Shown here: positions 38,566 through 49,473 of the stretch, piece after piece
Layout of the letters: each line of letters opens with the position of its first letter
Position numbering within the stretch: the stretch's first letter is position 1
Assembly (NCBI GenBank): GCA_041648505.1
Contig: JBAZOY010000001.1
Location: forward strand, 11,795-75,794
Direction of reading: 5' to 3'
Source: Syntrophales bacterium
GTDB taxonomy: Bacteria; Desulfobacterota; Syntrophia; Syntrophales; CG2-30-49-12
DNA length: 64,000 nucleotides
The notes under the pieces: model-generated
The model's input: only the letters and a program-made list of their open reading frames with translations
Told to the model about the DNA's origin: nothing
Databases searched by the model: none
Program-made: the position numbers and the translations under genes

Positions 38566-39893
38566 CTATCATCCCTCCCCTCACATAGTTTGCCCCTTGC
38601 GGAATGCTGATATGCCTCTGTAATCAAAACGGGAACCGTTTTTCCGATAAGTTCACCGTTCCCCTTAAAGTTCACAGTTGTATTGGATCGTGTTCGTCCC
38701 GTCAATTCATCAGGTAATTTTTTACTTACCCCATCAATCAGCACATCTTCTGTACATCCCACCAGAGCTTTGTTCCTTTCGAGGGTATGTTTATCCTGAA
38801 GGGACTGTAGTACCTGCAACCTCTCACGCTTTATACCGTCATCTATCCTGTTGTCGAAATTTACCGCCACAGTCCCCACACGTTCGGAATACTTAAAAGA
38901 GAACAGGTTATCAAATTTGACCTTTTCCATCAAGTCCATCGTTTCTTGAAAATCATTCTCCGTTTCCCCGGGAAATCCTACAATCATATCTGAAGTAATA
39001 CTGATATGCGGGCAAATATCCCTGAGGCTTTCCACCTTATCTAAATATTCTTCCTTAGTGTAACCACGGTTCATTTTCTTCAGGATACCGTCCGATCCCG
39101 ATTGAACGGGAAGATGAATATGTTCACATAACTTACTGATCTGAGCATAACATTTCATCAGGTTAAAAGACAGGTCTTTCGGATGCGAGGTTGTAAATCT
39201 GATTCTCTCGATCCTCTCGATTTCTCCGACCTCTCCCAAAAGAACAGCAAAATCGGTACCTATTGTTTTGCCATAGGAATTAACGTTCTGACCGAGGAGT
39301 GTTACTTCCTTTATCCCATGATCAGCAAGGAATTTAACTTCATTAATAATATCCCTGCGTGGTCTGCTCACCTCCGGCCCTCGCAGATATGGAACAACAC
39401 AGTAGGAGCAAAAATTATTACACCCATGCATAATGGTTACATAAGAGCTGATAGCACCATTCTGAGGAGGCGCCACTATGTCCAGTGATTTTATAGTTTC
39501 ATGAAATGCCGTCTGTCCAACCTGTGACCCTGTAATTTCGATGGTTCTTATAAGATCAGGAAGTTGGTGAATATTGTGGGTTCCAAAAACCAGATCCAGA
39601 AAAGGCACCTTTGTAAATATTTTATCCCCCCACTGCTGGGCAAGACATCCACCCATCCCTATAATAAGCCCCGGTTTACTGTGTTTTAATTCTTTAAATC
39701 TCCCCAGTTGGCTGTATACCTTTTGCGCAGCTTTTTCTCTTATACTGCAGGTATTTATGATGACTAGATCAGCTTTTCTGGGGTCGTCAGTTGTTTTATA
39801 TCCGGAGCCCTCAAGCAGTGCCGCAATCTGCTCCGAATCGTGAACATTCATTTGACAGCCGAAAGTTTTAATGTAGAGGTACTTATCTCCCAT
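38556..39893 (-). CDS. miaB: tRNA-2-methylthio-N6-dimethylallyladenosine synthase
   Basis: Contains IKTFGCQMNVHDSE (UPF0004 domain), GCNNFCSYCVVP (radical SAM motif) and a C-terminal TRAM region. Confidence 0.92.
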   Translation of the reverse strand: MGDKYLYIKTFGCQMNVHDSEQIAALLEGSGYKTTDDPRKADLVIINTCSIREKAAQKVYSQLGRFKELKHSKPGLIIGMGGCLAQQWGDKIFTKVPFLDLVFGTHNIHQLPDLIRTIEITGSQVGQTAFHETIKSLDIVAPPQNGAISSYVTIMHGCNNFCSYCVVPYLRGPEVSRPRRDIINEVKFLADHGIKEVTLLGQNVNSYGKTIGTDFAVLLGEVGEIERIERIRFTTSHPKDLSFNLMKCYAQISKLCEHIHLPVQSGSDGILKKMNRGYTKEEYLDKVESLRDICPHISITSDMIVGFPGETENDFQETMDLMEKVKFDNLFSFKYSERVGTVAVNFDNRIDDGIKRERLQVLQSLQDKHTLERNKALVGCTEDVLIDGVSKKLPDELTGRTRSNTTVNFKGNGELIGKTVPVLITEAYQHSARGKLCEGRDDRCL

Positions 39894-40196
39894 TCTCGCT
39901 TACCATGAAAATTTTGCAGCTACTAATGTCCTGTTATACAACCTTACTTGCCGTGCTGATACAATTTACAATTCATTGGAACAATGATCCTTATGATAAT
40001 TGTTTTGAAGTTTATTAATCTTAAGGATTTGTAGTGTACCGCAACTTCAAGTACGCGAAACACTGGAAAATAAAAGAAAGGTAAATGATAAAATGGAAGC
40101 CATAAAAAAATTTATCTAAGAACTCGACAGACTCTTTTTGCTCAGTCAAGTCGTATTGGGTTTGCTGTTAGCATTTAATACCACTCAGTTAACTCT

Positions 40197-40892
40197 TTAA
40201 AGATGACTGAAGTCATCCTTATCTCCCTCGCCTTTTACCTTCTTTTCAATATAATTCTTCGCAATATCTCGGCCTCCAAAGCCAAAAGCTATCGCAAACG
40301 CAAGGACTATTCCTCCAAAGATTATTGCAAAGGCAATAACCATCGTCTCCCTGCCGATACCAAGTTGTTCAAGTGCCATCGTCAGAGTAATTAAAAAAAT
40401 AGCTATTTTAACAAATCTTCCTATTAATCCGGATATTTTGATCCCCGCATTTACAGAAGCGATCAATGCGGCACGTCCGAAAAAATTACCTAAAAGATGC
40501 CCTAAAAAGAGAATAACGGCAGCAATAAAAACATTAGGCAAATAAAGAAGAAATGTTTCCAGTATCCTCTCTATAACGGGGAAATTCAATGATTGTAATG
40601 AGAGGATCGAAAAAATGATTATTGTTATCCAGCCAATGAACCTCGAAATGACCAGGGAAACAGGTTCTTTCACCCCGGCTTTTTGTATTATCTCGACCAC
40701 TCCAAATCTCTCCGACAATTTGTCGAGCTTTATCGCGCGGAGAAACCTGGAAAATATAAATTTGAGAATCAAGCCAAGAAAAATACCTAAGATAAATATG
40801 AATATGGAAGTAAGGATTGCAGGAAGAAATTGCAGGAAGTTTTCCAAGCATTTATCTAATGGTTCAATGATTATCCTCTGCAAGAAGTTCAT
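40197..40892 (-). CDS. Membrane protein with repeated TM-helix motifs (mechanosensitive-channel-associated TM_helix type)
   Basis: 231 aa with repeated hydrophobic helices alternating with short amphipathic segments (LDKLSERFGVVEII...). The assignment is by pattern only. Confidence 0.45.
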   Translation of the reverse strand: MNFLQRIIIEPLDKCLENFLQFLPAILTSIFIFILGIFLGLILKFIFSRFLRAIKLDKLSERFGVVEIIQKAGVKEPVSLVISRFIGWITIIIFSILSLQSLNFPVIERILETFLLYLPNVFIAAVILFLGHLLGNFFGRAALIASVNAGIKISGLIGRFVKIAIFLITLTMALEQLGIGRETMVIAFAIIFGGIVLAFAIAFGFGGRDIAKNYIEKKVKGEGDKDDFSHL

Positions 40893-40907
40893 AAATACCC
40901 CCTTTCT

Positions 40908-42167
40908 CTAAACCCAGTTATTCAGTAATAAACTTTTTTTATTTTCGAAACACATACATAATCTGTCTATATTTTCTTCAACCTCTGCGGCACTATTTTC
41001 CCATGTCTCGGTAACAAAGGAGGCTACTCTTCCGAGATATAAAGGGGTAAGAGACTTCAAAAGATGTTCTTTATTCAAAACTTTACTGTGAGCCGCAACA
41101 GCAAAACTGTAAATAATTTCAGCCCATATTTCATCCGGGATATTGAACTCCGCCTTGCGAACAACTTCCATCTTTTGAAGAAAATTAATAATCTCTTGCG
41201 GGATAAATAGTTTCCATATATCAATTAATTTCTTGATCCCGAGCTTGAAGTTATCAATCATTCTGTCAAGATTTACAGAAACCGGCTCAAGCCCCACAGC
41301 ATACTGAAAACCAAAAGTCGGTATCTTTTCAGATCCTTTGATTGCCTTCCATACTTCGGAGTAAGCCTCCATAAGATCAAAGGTTGCTCCCACTACCTGG
41401 TAGAGCATCGCACTCAGATCGGCAGACGGATCTTTAGGATCATGAATCTTTGCACCCAGGAAAGACTGACAAACCTTAAAATCATTGGCAACAGCCGTAG
41501 TCGTCATCCATATATCTATACCATATCGTGCAACATCAGTTTCCCAGACATCCTTTTTTATATAGAATTTTGCTATTTTGCCTGAGAATCCAAAATCGCC
41601 CCCAATGGGCTGCCTTATCTGTTTTCCATACAGAGCTCTGCCTAATGGATAGACTATGCTGTTTGTTATTGTTCCGTCATATTTATGTCTATGATACAGA
41701 GGAGAAACATAGTCAAAACCACTTTCAATGACAGGTTTAATCAGGAGTTCAATCCACTCAGGAGTAATGCTTCTCAGATCAGAATCCACTACTGCGCATG
41801 CCTTAACATTAAGGGCATCCGCTATCTCGAAAATTGTCCTAAAAGAACTTCCTTTGCCCGGGATACCAAGGTATGGAGTCGCTATCTTATAAAGAGGTTC
41901 CACTTTATGGTGCAGGAGGATAGATTGAAAATCCTCAACAGTTGAACGCTGAACAACATCAATAGTCCCATCAGTCGATCCGCCGTCAGAATTCACAAGA
42001 ACAGATTTTTTATGCGGGAAATATTTGGCCAGCCCTGCCTGAACAGCTTTAACCACATGGCCTATTGTCGTGGCGTTATTATAGCTTGGAATCCCGACAA
42101 GAATGTCGGCTTTCTTAATCTTTCCGACTGCCTCCTGAATATCTTCTCTTATAATAATGTCCTCCAC
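40908..42167 (-). CDS. GT-A fold glycosyltransferase, mannosylglycerate/glucosylglycerate-synthase-like
   Basis: Contains ILVGIPSYNNATTIGHVV, SDGGSTDGT, VVDSDLRSITPEWI, QPIGGDFGFS and YGIDIWMTT. This order of motifs parallels my recollection of MGS/GpgS-type enzymes. Confidence 0.5.
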   Translation of the reverse strand: MEDIIIREDIQEAVGKIKKADILVGIPSYNNATTIGHVVKAVQAGLAKYFPHKKSVLVNSDGGSTDGTIDVVQRSTVEDFQSILLHHKVEPLYKIATPYLGIPGKGSSFRTIFEIADALNVKACAVVDSDLRSITPEWIELLIKPVIESGFDYVSPLYHRHKYDGTITNSIVYPLGRALYGKQIRQPIGGDFGFSGKIAKFYIKKDVWETDVARYGIDIWMTTTAVANDFKVCQSFLGAKIHDPKDPSADLSAMLYQVVGATFDLMEAYSEVWKAIKGSEKIPTFGFQYAVGLEPVSVNLDRMIDNFKLGIKKLIDIWKLFIPQEIINFLQKMEVVRKAEFNIPDEIWAEIIYSFAVAAHSKVLNKEHLLKSLTPLYLGRVASFVTETWENSAAEVEENIDRLCMCFENKKSLLLNNWV

Positions 42168-42182
42168 AATTTCACAGAATAA

Positions 42183-45100
42183 TCAATTAATTCTTTCCAT
42201 CATGGCTACAGGAAAATTTAAAAATACTTCTGAAAGATCCATAGTTGTTGCGTCCTTATAATTTCGTACAGCTAAAAGTTCATCGGTAAATATATTGCGA
42301 TATCGTGCTCCCAGTTCAGTAACCGGCAGCACGATAAATGAATCACCCCAGATTGCCTCTCCTAAAGGAAGGTCTGCGGGTTGTGAAAGGAGTTGTGTAA
42401 GGAACCTTGGAACAGTAATGATCGTTCTCGAATTTCCAGCCTTTCTGAAAAAGGCACAGGCATTATCTGCCTGCTTTCCCATAATCTCCAGGGGCAAATA
42501 CTTCCCTCTTTCAAAAAGTTTCCGTTTCCTTTTGCGATAATTAAGAGCTCGATATGTCAAATAAAGTTTAATTATACCGGTTTCTTTATTTACGGTCAAA
42601 TCCCTGGCAAGTTCGTGTAACTGGACTTCTGATTCATGTTTCTTCAGCTCTTCTAACATTTTAACCCTGAAAGAATAATCAACAGGTTGGCGATTGTCGG
42701 GATCAACAAGACTAAAATCCCATATCTCGGTTCCCTGATAAAAATCGGGTACACCCGGAGATGTTATTTTCAGCAATGTCTGTGAGAGGGAATTGAACAT
42801 GCCATACTGTGAGATCTTTCCCTGAAACGCCATGAAGTCCCTGATAAATTGATTATCGCCATTGTTATTCATAATAGATTCGATAAAAAGCATCAGAGCA
42901 TCTTCATAAAGAGTATTGGGATTTATCCAGCTTGTGTTCACCTTAGCTTCTCTTATCGACTTTAACATATAATTCTTAATTCTATTCTTAAAAATATCGT
43001 ATCCCGTTTTATCCTGTATTTTTACAGGCCATGCACCAATAAGTGTTTGATAAAGAAAATATTCCTCATTTCGATCCGGCACATCTGTTCCTTCAACGAC
43101 AGGTTTCTTCTTTCTATTGAATCTTCTCCATGTATTTAAACATTTCCTCCATTCTTCCGGAATCTCTGAAAGGACATTCAGCCTTGCTCTCACGTCCTCG
43201 CTCCGCTTTGTATCGTGAGTAGTAGTGGTGATCAGGGCATGTGGCCAGAACTTCATTCTCTCCATGTTCTTTCCATGAAAGGTCTCAAGAGAAATTCCAA
43301 ATCTGGCGGGACTTCCCCCAACCTCGTTAAGAGAAACAAACCTGTTATAAACATAGAACACAGTATCCTCAAGCCCTTTTGCCATAACCGGGCCTGTAAT
43401 CTGCTGGAATCTACAAACAAATTCCATCCATTCTTTCTTGTCCTTATCATCAAAATTACTTGGATAGTTAAGTAAAAGGATATTTTTCAGAAAATCAAAG
43501 ATTGAACTGCTAATGGCAGGATTCCTTCTCTTGGCCTTTGAAACGGCGAGTTCTATATACCGGCGGTCCCTTTCGTTTACCCCTGCCGGATCTATGTAGG
43601 TTCTGTAGACGGGAAAAAATGCGACGACTTCTGTAATGACAATCAACAGACTGTTTAGCGTAAAATCTCTTGTGTGTCTGTATTTTTCCGAGAATTTGTT
43701 TAGATATCGTGCTAAGGTGTTAGTCTCGCTGGACATGGCAACCTGCATGATCAACTTCTTTTTTTTATAAACGAGATCCGGAAAATGTAATTTTTCCTTA
43801 ATGAACCAGGCATAGACATCATCGAATGCCTTTGCATTCTCTGTTTTTATAAAGATTCCGTTTACTATGTTCAGAAAAACATAACCTGTTGTGCTGAATA
43901 TTGGCCAGTCCTCAGGCATTTTTTCATCTTTTATAAGAATTTTTTCTCCGACGATGTAAAATGGTTTAAACTGGGGATCAGAGGACAATATCTCATCATA
44001 CTGCTTTAATATTTCTGCTTCTATATCTTCTTTCTTATCAGGTAAAGGAATCTCCCTTTCCAAGCGTTTCCTATAATAACATCTTGCATTTAAAAAACAA
44101 TTTCGCTGCAACGTACAAAAATACTCCACTGGATTATACAAACCATCGGGATGGTCCACCCTCAAACCATTTACCTTCCCCTCACCGATAAACCTCATTA
44201 TCAATCTGTGTGTTGCCTCGAAAACCGCTGAGTTTTCAATCCTGATCGCCGCAAGACTATTAATGTCAAAAAACCTTCTGTAATTTATCTCTTCGGTTGC
44301 GACTCGCCAGTAAGAAAGCCTGTATACCTGCCGCCTCAGAAGTTCGTCAAAAAGATCGAAACTCGCAGGATCATCTTTTATGCCATTAAATATTCGAATA
44401 TTTTCGTCAATAAATCTCTTTATCTTAGAACTTTTGTTATAAAGAACCCGCAATCGTTTCTTTATGATCTCTTTCTCACGGTATCTCTCGGCAATCTTTG
44501 TCGAATCTTTTTCTATATAAAAAGGTAAATGATCCAGCGCAGTAATGATGCTCAAAAATTCTATAAAATGCGGATCATCATCTGATAGGGCATTCTTAAG
44601 GAAGTCTAAGCGATATTCCAGAATATAGGTATAAGTTTTTGGTAACACGGGGAATTTATTTTCATAGTAACAAATGAAGAATGCGCCCTCCTCAAAAGTC
44701 AGTTTCAGATCCTGAGCTTCAAGGATATTTCCATATTGATCACCTAAAAAAGGAATGAGTATTTTCTCTTTGAGTTCTTCTTTCAGGGGATCCCAGTCTA
44801 TATCAAAATAATCTGCATACATAGAACTTGGACCATTCTCAAGGATGTCCATCCACCATAAATTGTCCTTGCTTTCAATGCACATATGGTTCGGCACAAT
44901 ATCAAGGATCTGCCCCATCTTGTATCTATGGAGCTCAGCAATAAATGCGTTGTACTCTTTTTCCGTCCCGATTTCCGGGTTCAGCAGGTTCGGATCAACA
45001 ATATCATAACCGTGAAGACTGCCCTCTTTTGCCTTGAAATATGGTGATGAATAAGCATCAGTTATACCAAGGTCATGAAGGTAACAGACGATCTCTCTGG

Positions 45101-45185
45101 CATCTGAGAATTTGAAATGTTTATTGAATTGTAATCTGTACGTCGAAACAGGTATTCTCGGTAAAATGAGTTTTTCTTTTTTCAA
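42183..45185 (-). CDS. treY: Maltooligosyl-trehalose synthase
   Basis: Contains STYRLQFNKHFKFSDAREIVCYLHDLGITDAYSSPYFKA...GYDIVD and LDIVPNHM. Length is 1000 aa. Confidence 0.9.
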   Translation of the reverse strand: MKKEKLILPRIPVSTYRLQFNKHFKFSDAREIVCYLHDLGITDAYSSPYFKAKEGSLHGYDIVDPNLLNPEIGTEKEYNAFIAELHRYKMGQILDIVPNHMCIESKDNLWWMDILENGPSSMYADYFDIDWDPLKEELKEKILIPFLGDQYGNILEAQDLKLTFEEGAFFICYYENKFPVLPKTYTYILEYRLDFLKNALSDDDPHFIEFLSIITALDHLPFYIEKDSTKIAERYREKEIIKKRLRVLYNKSSKIKRFIDENIRIFNGIKDDPASFDLFDELLRRQVYRLSYWRVATEEINYRRFFDINSLAAIRIENSAVFEATHRLIMRFIGEGKVNGLRVDHPDGLYNPVEYFCTLQRNCFLNARCYYRKRLEREIPLPDKKEDIEAEILKQYDEILSSDPQFKPFYIVGEKILIKDEKMPEDWPIFSTTGYVFLNIVNGIFIKTENAKAFDDVYAWFIKEKLHFPDLVYKKKKLIMQVAMSSETNTLARYLNKFSEKYRHTRDFTLNSLLIVITEVVAFFPVYRTYIDPAGVNERDRRYIELAVSKAKRRNPAISSSIFDFLKNILLLNYPSNFDDKDKKEWMEFVCRFQQITGPVMAKGLEDTVFYVYNRFVSLNEVGGSPARFGISLETFHGKNMERMKFWPHALITTTTHDTKRSEDVRARLNVLSEIPEEWRKCLNTWRRFNRKKKPVVEGTDVPDRNEEYFLYQTLIGAWPVKIQDKTGYDIFKNRIKNYMLKSIREAKVNTSWINPNTLYEDALMLFIESIMNNNGDNQFIRDFMAFQGKISQYGMFNSLSQTLLKITSPGVPDFYQGTEIWDFSLVDPDNRQPVDYSFRVKMLEELKKHESEVQLHELARDLTVNKETGIIKLYLTYRALNYRKRKRKLFERGKYLPLEIMGKQADNACAFFRKAGNSRTIITVPRFLTQLLSQPADLPLGEAIWGDSFIVLPVTELGARYRNIFTDELLAVRNYKDATTMDLSEVFLNFPVAMMERIN

Positions 45186-45205
45186 CTATCGCCTCTCTTT
45201 TAACT

Positions 45206-47641
45206 CTACTGTAGAACCGATGATGTAAAATACAACATTTCACCCAGGTATTTAAATGCGTTCACCCATAGAATAGCATCTTTCTCTCCCGAAGATGCCT
45301 TCAAGTTAATTTCATGATAGAATTTTTTTGTTATTTCATAGTAAACATTTTGGATCTGCCAAAAATTTATTTCGCCCGGTAATGATTTGAGCAATTCCAA
45401 TCTTTGCTGGATGTCAAGGAGGACGGCAATATCAGACGGATTTGCATAGAGTTTCTTCATCTGTCCTTCCAACAAACGTCTTACCGTAAATTCAATATCA
45501 ACAAAATCTATAGCAACACCTAATTTTGTCGCATCTGTGATCAAATTCTGTACTTTTTCCAACTCCAGCGGCTCGTCCATGAATGCTTTTTTGATATCAA
45601 TATTCAGGATAACCTCAGCCGTTGAGAGAAATGCCCTCTTTAGCGGCATTCCGGTCTCCCGTAACAATCCCATTAATATCTTACTGTTTTCGTACACTTG
45701 GCGGTATGTTTTCTCGAGATCATTTAAGGTCTTTGTTATGAGAAGGTTCAAAATATTTCTTTGTTGATCCTTGAAAAGATATGTAAGCGAATAATTATGC
45801 ATACCGAAATGGCTGTCCATAAGTCTTATGATGTCGGCAAAATCGCCTCTTCCAAAGGTAGAGATAATATCTTTCTTCATTGACTCGTAAAAGTCAGGCC
45901 CGAGAAAAGTGCGAACTCCGCCATTCAAGGAGTGCCCGCCAAAGTGTAAAACACAGAAGCTGATAATTGCAGATATTTCGGTTATTTCCGAAAAAATAGC
46001 AATTCTCCCTACGGCAAGTTTCGTAGTACCTGCCTCCACTTTCTGAAAATCTTCCTTTTTAACTACGTAGCTGTATATATAAGTTTCGTCGTTGTATTCT
46101 TCAAAGAGTGAATTGATAGCGTAATGAGCTCCTACCTTTATCAGGTCTATAATCGCCGGTTTCACGAATTTCTTATATATCTGCGCCCCATTCTCATGAA
46201 TAGATATGTTGCTTTTTGCCAAGGCAAGTTTAGTTATAAATGTGTCCTCAATATTTTCATGAAATACCTCTTCGGAAAGCTGTATAGCCCTCCCGGCATA
46301 CTGTAAAATCTGTATCGTTTCGATTCCCGAAATGTCGTCGAAAAACCATCCGCAACTCGTATACATCAACATCGCATGTCTTTGGATTTCTAAAAGTTTT
46401 AAGACGGTAACTCTTTCATCGCTATTCAAACTCTTTGATGAATGCCTTTCCAGGAATTTCGTCATGTTTTCGCCGGATCGATTAAGAATAACATCTATAT
46501 AATTGTCCCTCGCTTCCCAGCAATTTTTCAGATATTCCCCAGCCGTATTCTCATACAACAACACTATCCGATCCCTCAACCAGTCGAGAGCATCACGAAG
46601 GGGCTTTCTCCATTGCTGGTTCCATCCCGGCTGTGTACAGGAATTACACCCGCAATCACTCTTCCATCGTTCCACTCCGTGAACGCAGCTCCAGGAAGAA
46701 TTCTCGAATATCCTGACTTCATGTGTCGGAGGATGCGCTTCAAGATATTCACCGTAATTGGTGAGCTTTGCCAACCCTTGAGATTCGATATAATCCAAGG
46801 CAAAGGCAAGGGCCATGTCCCCGAATTTCAGATGATGCCCGTAGGTTTCGCCATCAGTTGCAATATGTAAAATCTGCGGCCACTGCCTGTGATCAGAAAA
46901 ACCTGATAAAAGACGATCTGCAAACTCTTCTCCCTTTTTAAGTAAATTTTCAAAAGCCACTGCCTGAGATATTGGACCGTCATAAAAAAATAAATTTATC
47001 GTGCGCCCCGATGTTAACTTGCAAAGATAAGGTCTTGTCGGGTCAATCCTTGAATCCTTGACGGCTTGCCATTTACCGATACCAATTTGTCTCACCCTCC
47101 ACGCCTGACGGGGAGCAAGAATGGTAAATTTTATTCCGCATTCGGCAAGGATATCCAAAGTCTCATTGTCAACCGCCGTTTCTGAAAGCCACATGCCTTC
47201 CGGAAAACGTTTAAACCGGTATTCGAAGTCCTTTATGCCCCATAAAATCTGCGTGCGCTTGTCGCGACTATTGGCAAGCGGCATGATTATATGATTATAA
47301 ATCTGGGTAAGAGCATTCCCATGACCGGAACGACATTCGACGCTCTGTTTGTCTGCATTCAGGATTGCCTGATACGTTTTCGAAGCGTTTCTTTCCATCC
47401 ATGAAAGCAGAGTGGGGCCGAAATTGAAGCTGATCCTGGCGTAGTTATTTGCAATATCAATTATCCGGCATTCACTGTCAACGATTCTGGAAGCGGAATT
47501 CGGCGCATAACATTCAGAATTAATTCTTTCGTTCCAATCGTGATAAGGATATGCTGAACCCTGCATCTCAACAGCTTCAAGCCATGGATTTTCTCTCGGA
47601 GGCTGATAGAAATGCCCGTGAATACAGATATATTTCTCCAT
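45206..47641 (-). CDS. GH57-family alpha-glucan enzyme with a long C-terminal (DUF3536-like) extension
   Basis: ICIHGHFYQPPRENPW is the GH57 N-terminal signature. LHIATDGETYGHH is also present. Confidence 0.85.
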   Translation of the reverse strand: MEKYICIHGHFYQPPRENPWLEAVEMQGSAYPYHDWNERINSECYAPNSASRIVDSECRIIDIANNYARISFNFGPTLLSWMERNASKTYQAILNADKQSVECRSGHGNALTQIYNHIIMPLANSRDKRTQILWGIKDFEYRFKRFPEGMWLSETAVDNETLDILAECGIKFTILAPRQAWRVRQIGIGKWQAVKDSRIDPTRPYLCKLTSGRTINLFFYDGPISQAVAFENLLKKGEEFADRLLSGFSDHRQWPQILHIATDGETYGHHLKFGDMALAFALDYIESQGLAKLTNYGEYLEAHPPTHEVRIFENSSWSCVHGVERWKSDCGCNSCTQPGWNQQWRKPLRDALDWLRDRIVLLYENTAGEYLKNCWEARDNYIDVILNRSGENMTKFLERHSSKSLNSDERVTVLKLLEIQRHAMLMYTSCGWFFDDISGIETIQILQYAGRAIQLSEEVFHENIEDTFITKLALAKSNISIHENGAQIYKKFVKPAIIDLIKVGAHYAINSLFEEYNDETYIYSYVVKKEDFQKVEAGTTKLAVGRIAIFSEITEISAIISFCVLHFGGHSLNGGVRTFLGPDFYESMKKDIISTFGRGDFADIIRLMDSHFGMHNYSLTYLFKDQQRNILNLLITKTLNDLEKTYRQVYENSKILMGLLRETGMPLKRAFLSTAEVILNIDIKKAFMDEPLELEKVQNLITDATKLGVAIDFVDIEFTVRRLLEGQMKKLYANPSDIAVLLDIQQRLELLKSLPGEINFWQIQNVYYEITKKFYHEINLKASSGEKDAILWVNAFKYLGEMLYFTSSVLQ

Positions 47642-47643
47642 AA

Positions 47644-49473
47644 TTAATTTATCTTCCTCTTGTAAATCATAAAACTCATACCTCTCAGAGTAACCTCTTT
47701 ATTGCCTTCGATTCTTTCAGGTAGAAGAACTCCGGGACCGTTCCATTTTGTGTCCGAAGAGTCAAGCTCTTTAGTCCATACCCCCTCCGGCATATAAATT
47801 TTGAGTACCCTGTCGTCGGTATTGAAATTGAAACTGCAAAAAATATGATGATTATCCTTCCAGCGTCTCAGTAATAAAACTTTACCATTTTCAGCTTCGC
47901 ATACATCAATGCTCATTTTATCGAGATTTGAAAGGGCTGGGTTCTCTTTCCGTAACGCTAAGAGGTATTTATAGAAATCTCTTAAGATTCCGTGGTTACC
48001 TGTCTTTCTTTTCTCCCAATTTATCTTTGATTTAAGAAAAGTTTCATCGTCATTAGGATCCGGTGGCTCTTCAGTCGTTTTAAATGCTTTAAACTCTTCC
48101 GTCCTTCCCCTCCGCACGGCCTCTATTAACTCCTGATCAGAATGACTGATAAAATAGAGGAAAGGTGCACCTTCTCCATATTCCTCCCCCATAAAAAGAA
48201 GGGGGATATACGGTGAAAGCAGAACAACGCCTGCGGCAAGCTTCAGGGACTCGAAAGAGACAAGGTTGGTCAGTCGTTCACCAAAGGCTCTGTTTCCTGT
48301 CTGATCATGATTCTGTGAAAAAACAATAAATTGACTTGCAGGTCTATCCTTTGAAGAGTTTCCGTGGTTTCTTTTCCTGTATTCGGAATATTCTCCCGAA
48401 TATACAAACCCTTCTTTGATTGATTTTACAATATGTTCTGGTTTGCCGAAATCAAGGTAGTACCCATCGCTTTCTCCGGTGAGAAGAGTATGCAGGCAAT
48501 GGTGAAAATCATCGCACCACTGGGCATGAATGCCGAATCCTCCCAGCTCTCCCGGCATTATTATTCTCGTATCGTTCAAGCTGCTTTCTGCTATTAAATA
48601 AAACCTTCTTTCTTCGGAAGAAGAAAATTCTTCGACTTTTTCAGCAAGTACCTTAAGGAAGGGATTTGCGCTTAAATCCGATATTGCATGAACGGCATCA
48701 ATGCGGAGAGCATCTATGTGATAATTATCAAACCAGTGCAAGGCATTTTCTACGAAGAAATTTCTGACGTCATTACTGTAAGAATCATCAAAATTTACAG
48801 CCATGCCCCACGGTGTTTTGTACTTATCGGTAAAGTATGGTCCATAATCCCGGAGATAATTCCCTTCCGGTCCGAGATGGTTATAAACCACATCGAGTAT
48901 TACTGATATTCCGTTCTTATGACATTCATTAACAAGACGTTTCAGGCCTTCGGGTCCACCGTAGGAGTTTTGAACTGCAAATGGAAAAACGCCATCATAT
49001 CCCCAGTTTCTTTCGCCGGGGAATTGGGCAACAGGCATGATTTCAATAGCATTAATCCCTAAACTGCTTATTTCAGGGAGTCTTGGAATAATAGCATCAA
49101 AAGTGCCATCTCGTGTAAACGTACCGATATGAAGTTCGTACATTACCATTTCAGATAGCGTAATCCCCTTCCATTTTACATCATCCCATTGAAATGAGAC
49201 GTGGTCGACTACCTGAGAAAAACCGTGAACTCCTTCGGGCTGAAATTGTGATGCCGGATCAGGTCTATCCCTCTCTTTACCAAGTCGGTAAAAATAGCAT
49301 GCCCCCCTTGATAAATCTTCAACTATTGATCGCCAGTATCCCCTTTCGTCTTTCTCCATGGGGATAATTTGTTCCCGGGGCAAAACGATCTTGAGCTCAA
49401 CATTTTTCAGGAAAGGAGCCCATACTACAAATTCACACCTTCCGTTATCAATAAAGTGGGCGCCGATCTTCAT
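47644..49473 (-). CDS. treZ: Malto-oligosyltrehalose trehalohydrolase
   Basis: It has GH13 motifs (DVVYNHLGPEGN, GFRIDAVHAI-type ALRIDAVHAI, and AESSLND) and an N-terminal E-set domain. Confidence 0.88.
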   Translation of the reverse strand: MKIGAHFIDNGRCEFVVWAPFLKNVELKIVLPREQIIPMEKDERGYWRSIVEDLSRGACYFYRLGKERDRPDPASQFQPEGVHGFSQVVDHVSFQWDDVKWKGITLSEMVMYELHIGTFTRDGTFDAIIPRLPEISSLGINAIEIMPVAQFPGERNWGYDGVFPFAVQNSYGGPEGLKRLVNECHKNGISVILDVVYNHLGPEGNYLRDYGPYFTDKYKTPWGMAVNFDDSYSNDVRNFFVENALHWFDNYHIDALRIDAVHAISDLSANPFLKVLAEKVEEFSSSEERRFYLIAESSLNDTRIIMPGELGGFGIHAQWCDDFHHCLHTLLTGESDGYYLDFGKPEHIVKSIKEGFVYSGEYSEYRKRNHGNSSKDRPASQFIVFSQNHDQTGNRAFGERLTNLVSFESLKLAAGVVLLSPYIPLLFMGEEYGEGAPFLYFISHSDQELIEAVRRGRTEEFKAFKTTEEPPDPNDDETFLKSKINWEKRKTGNHGILRDFYKYLLALRKENPALSNLDKMSIDVCEAENGKVLLLRRWKDNHHIFCSFNFNTDDRVLKIYMPEGVWTKELDSSDTKWNGPGVLLPERIEGNKEVTLRGMSFMIYKRKIN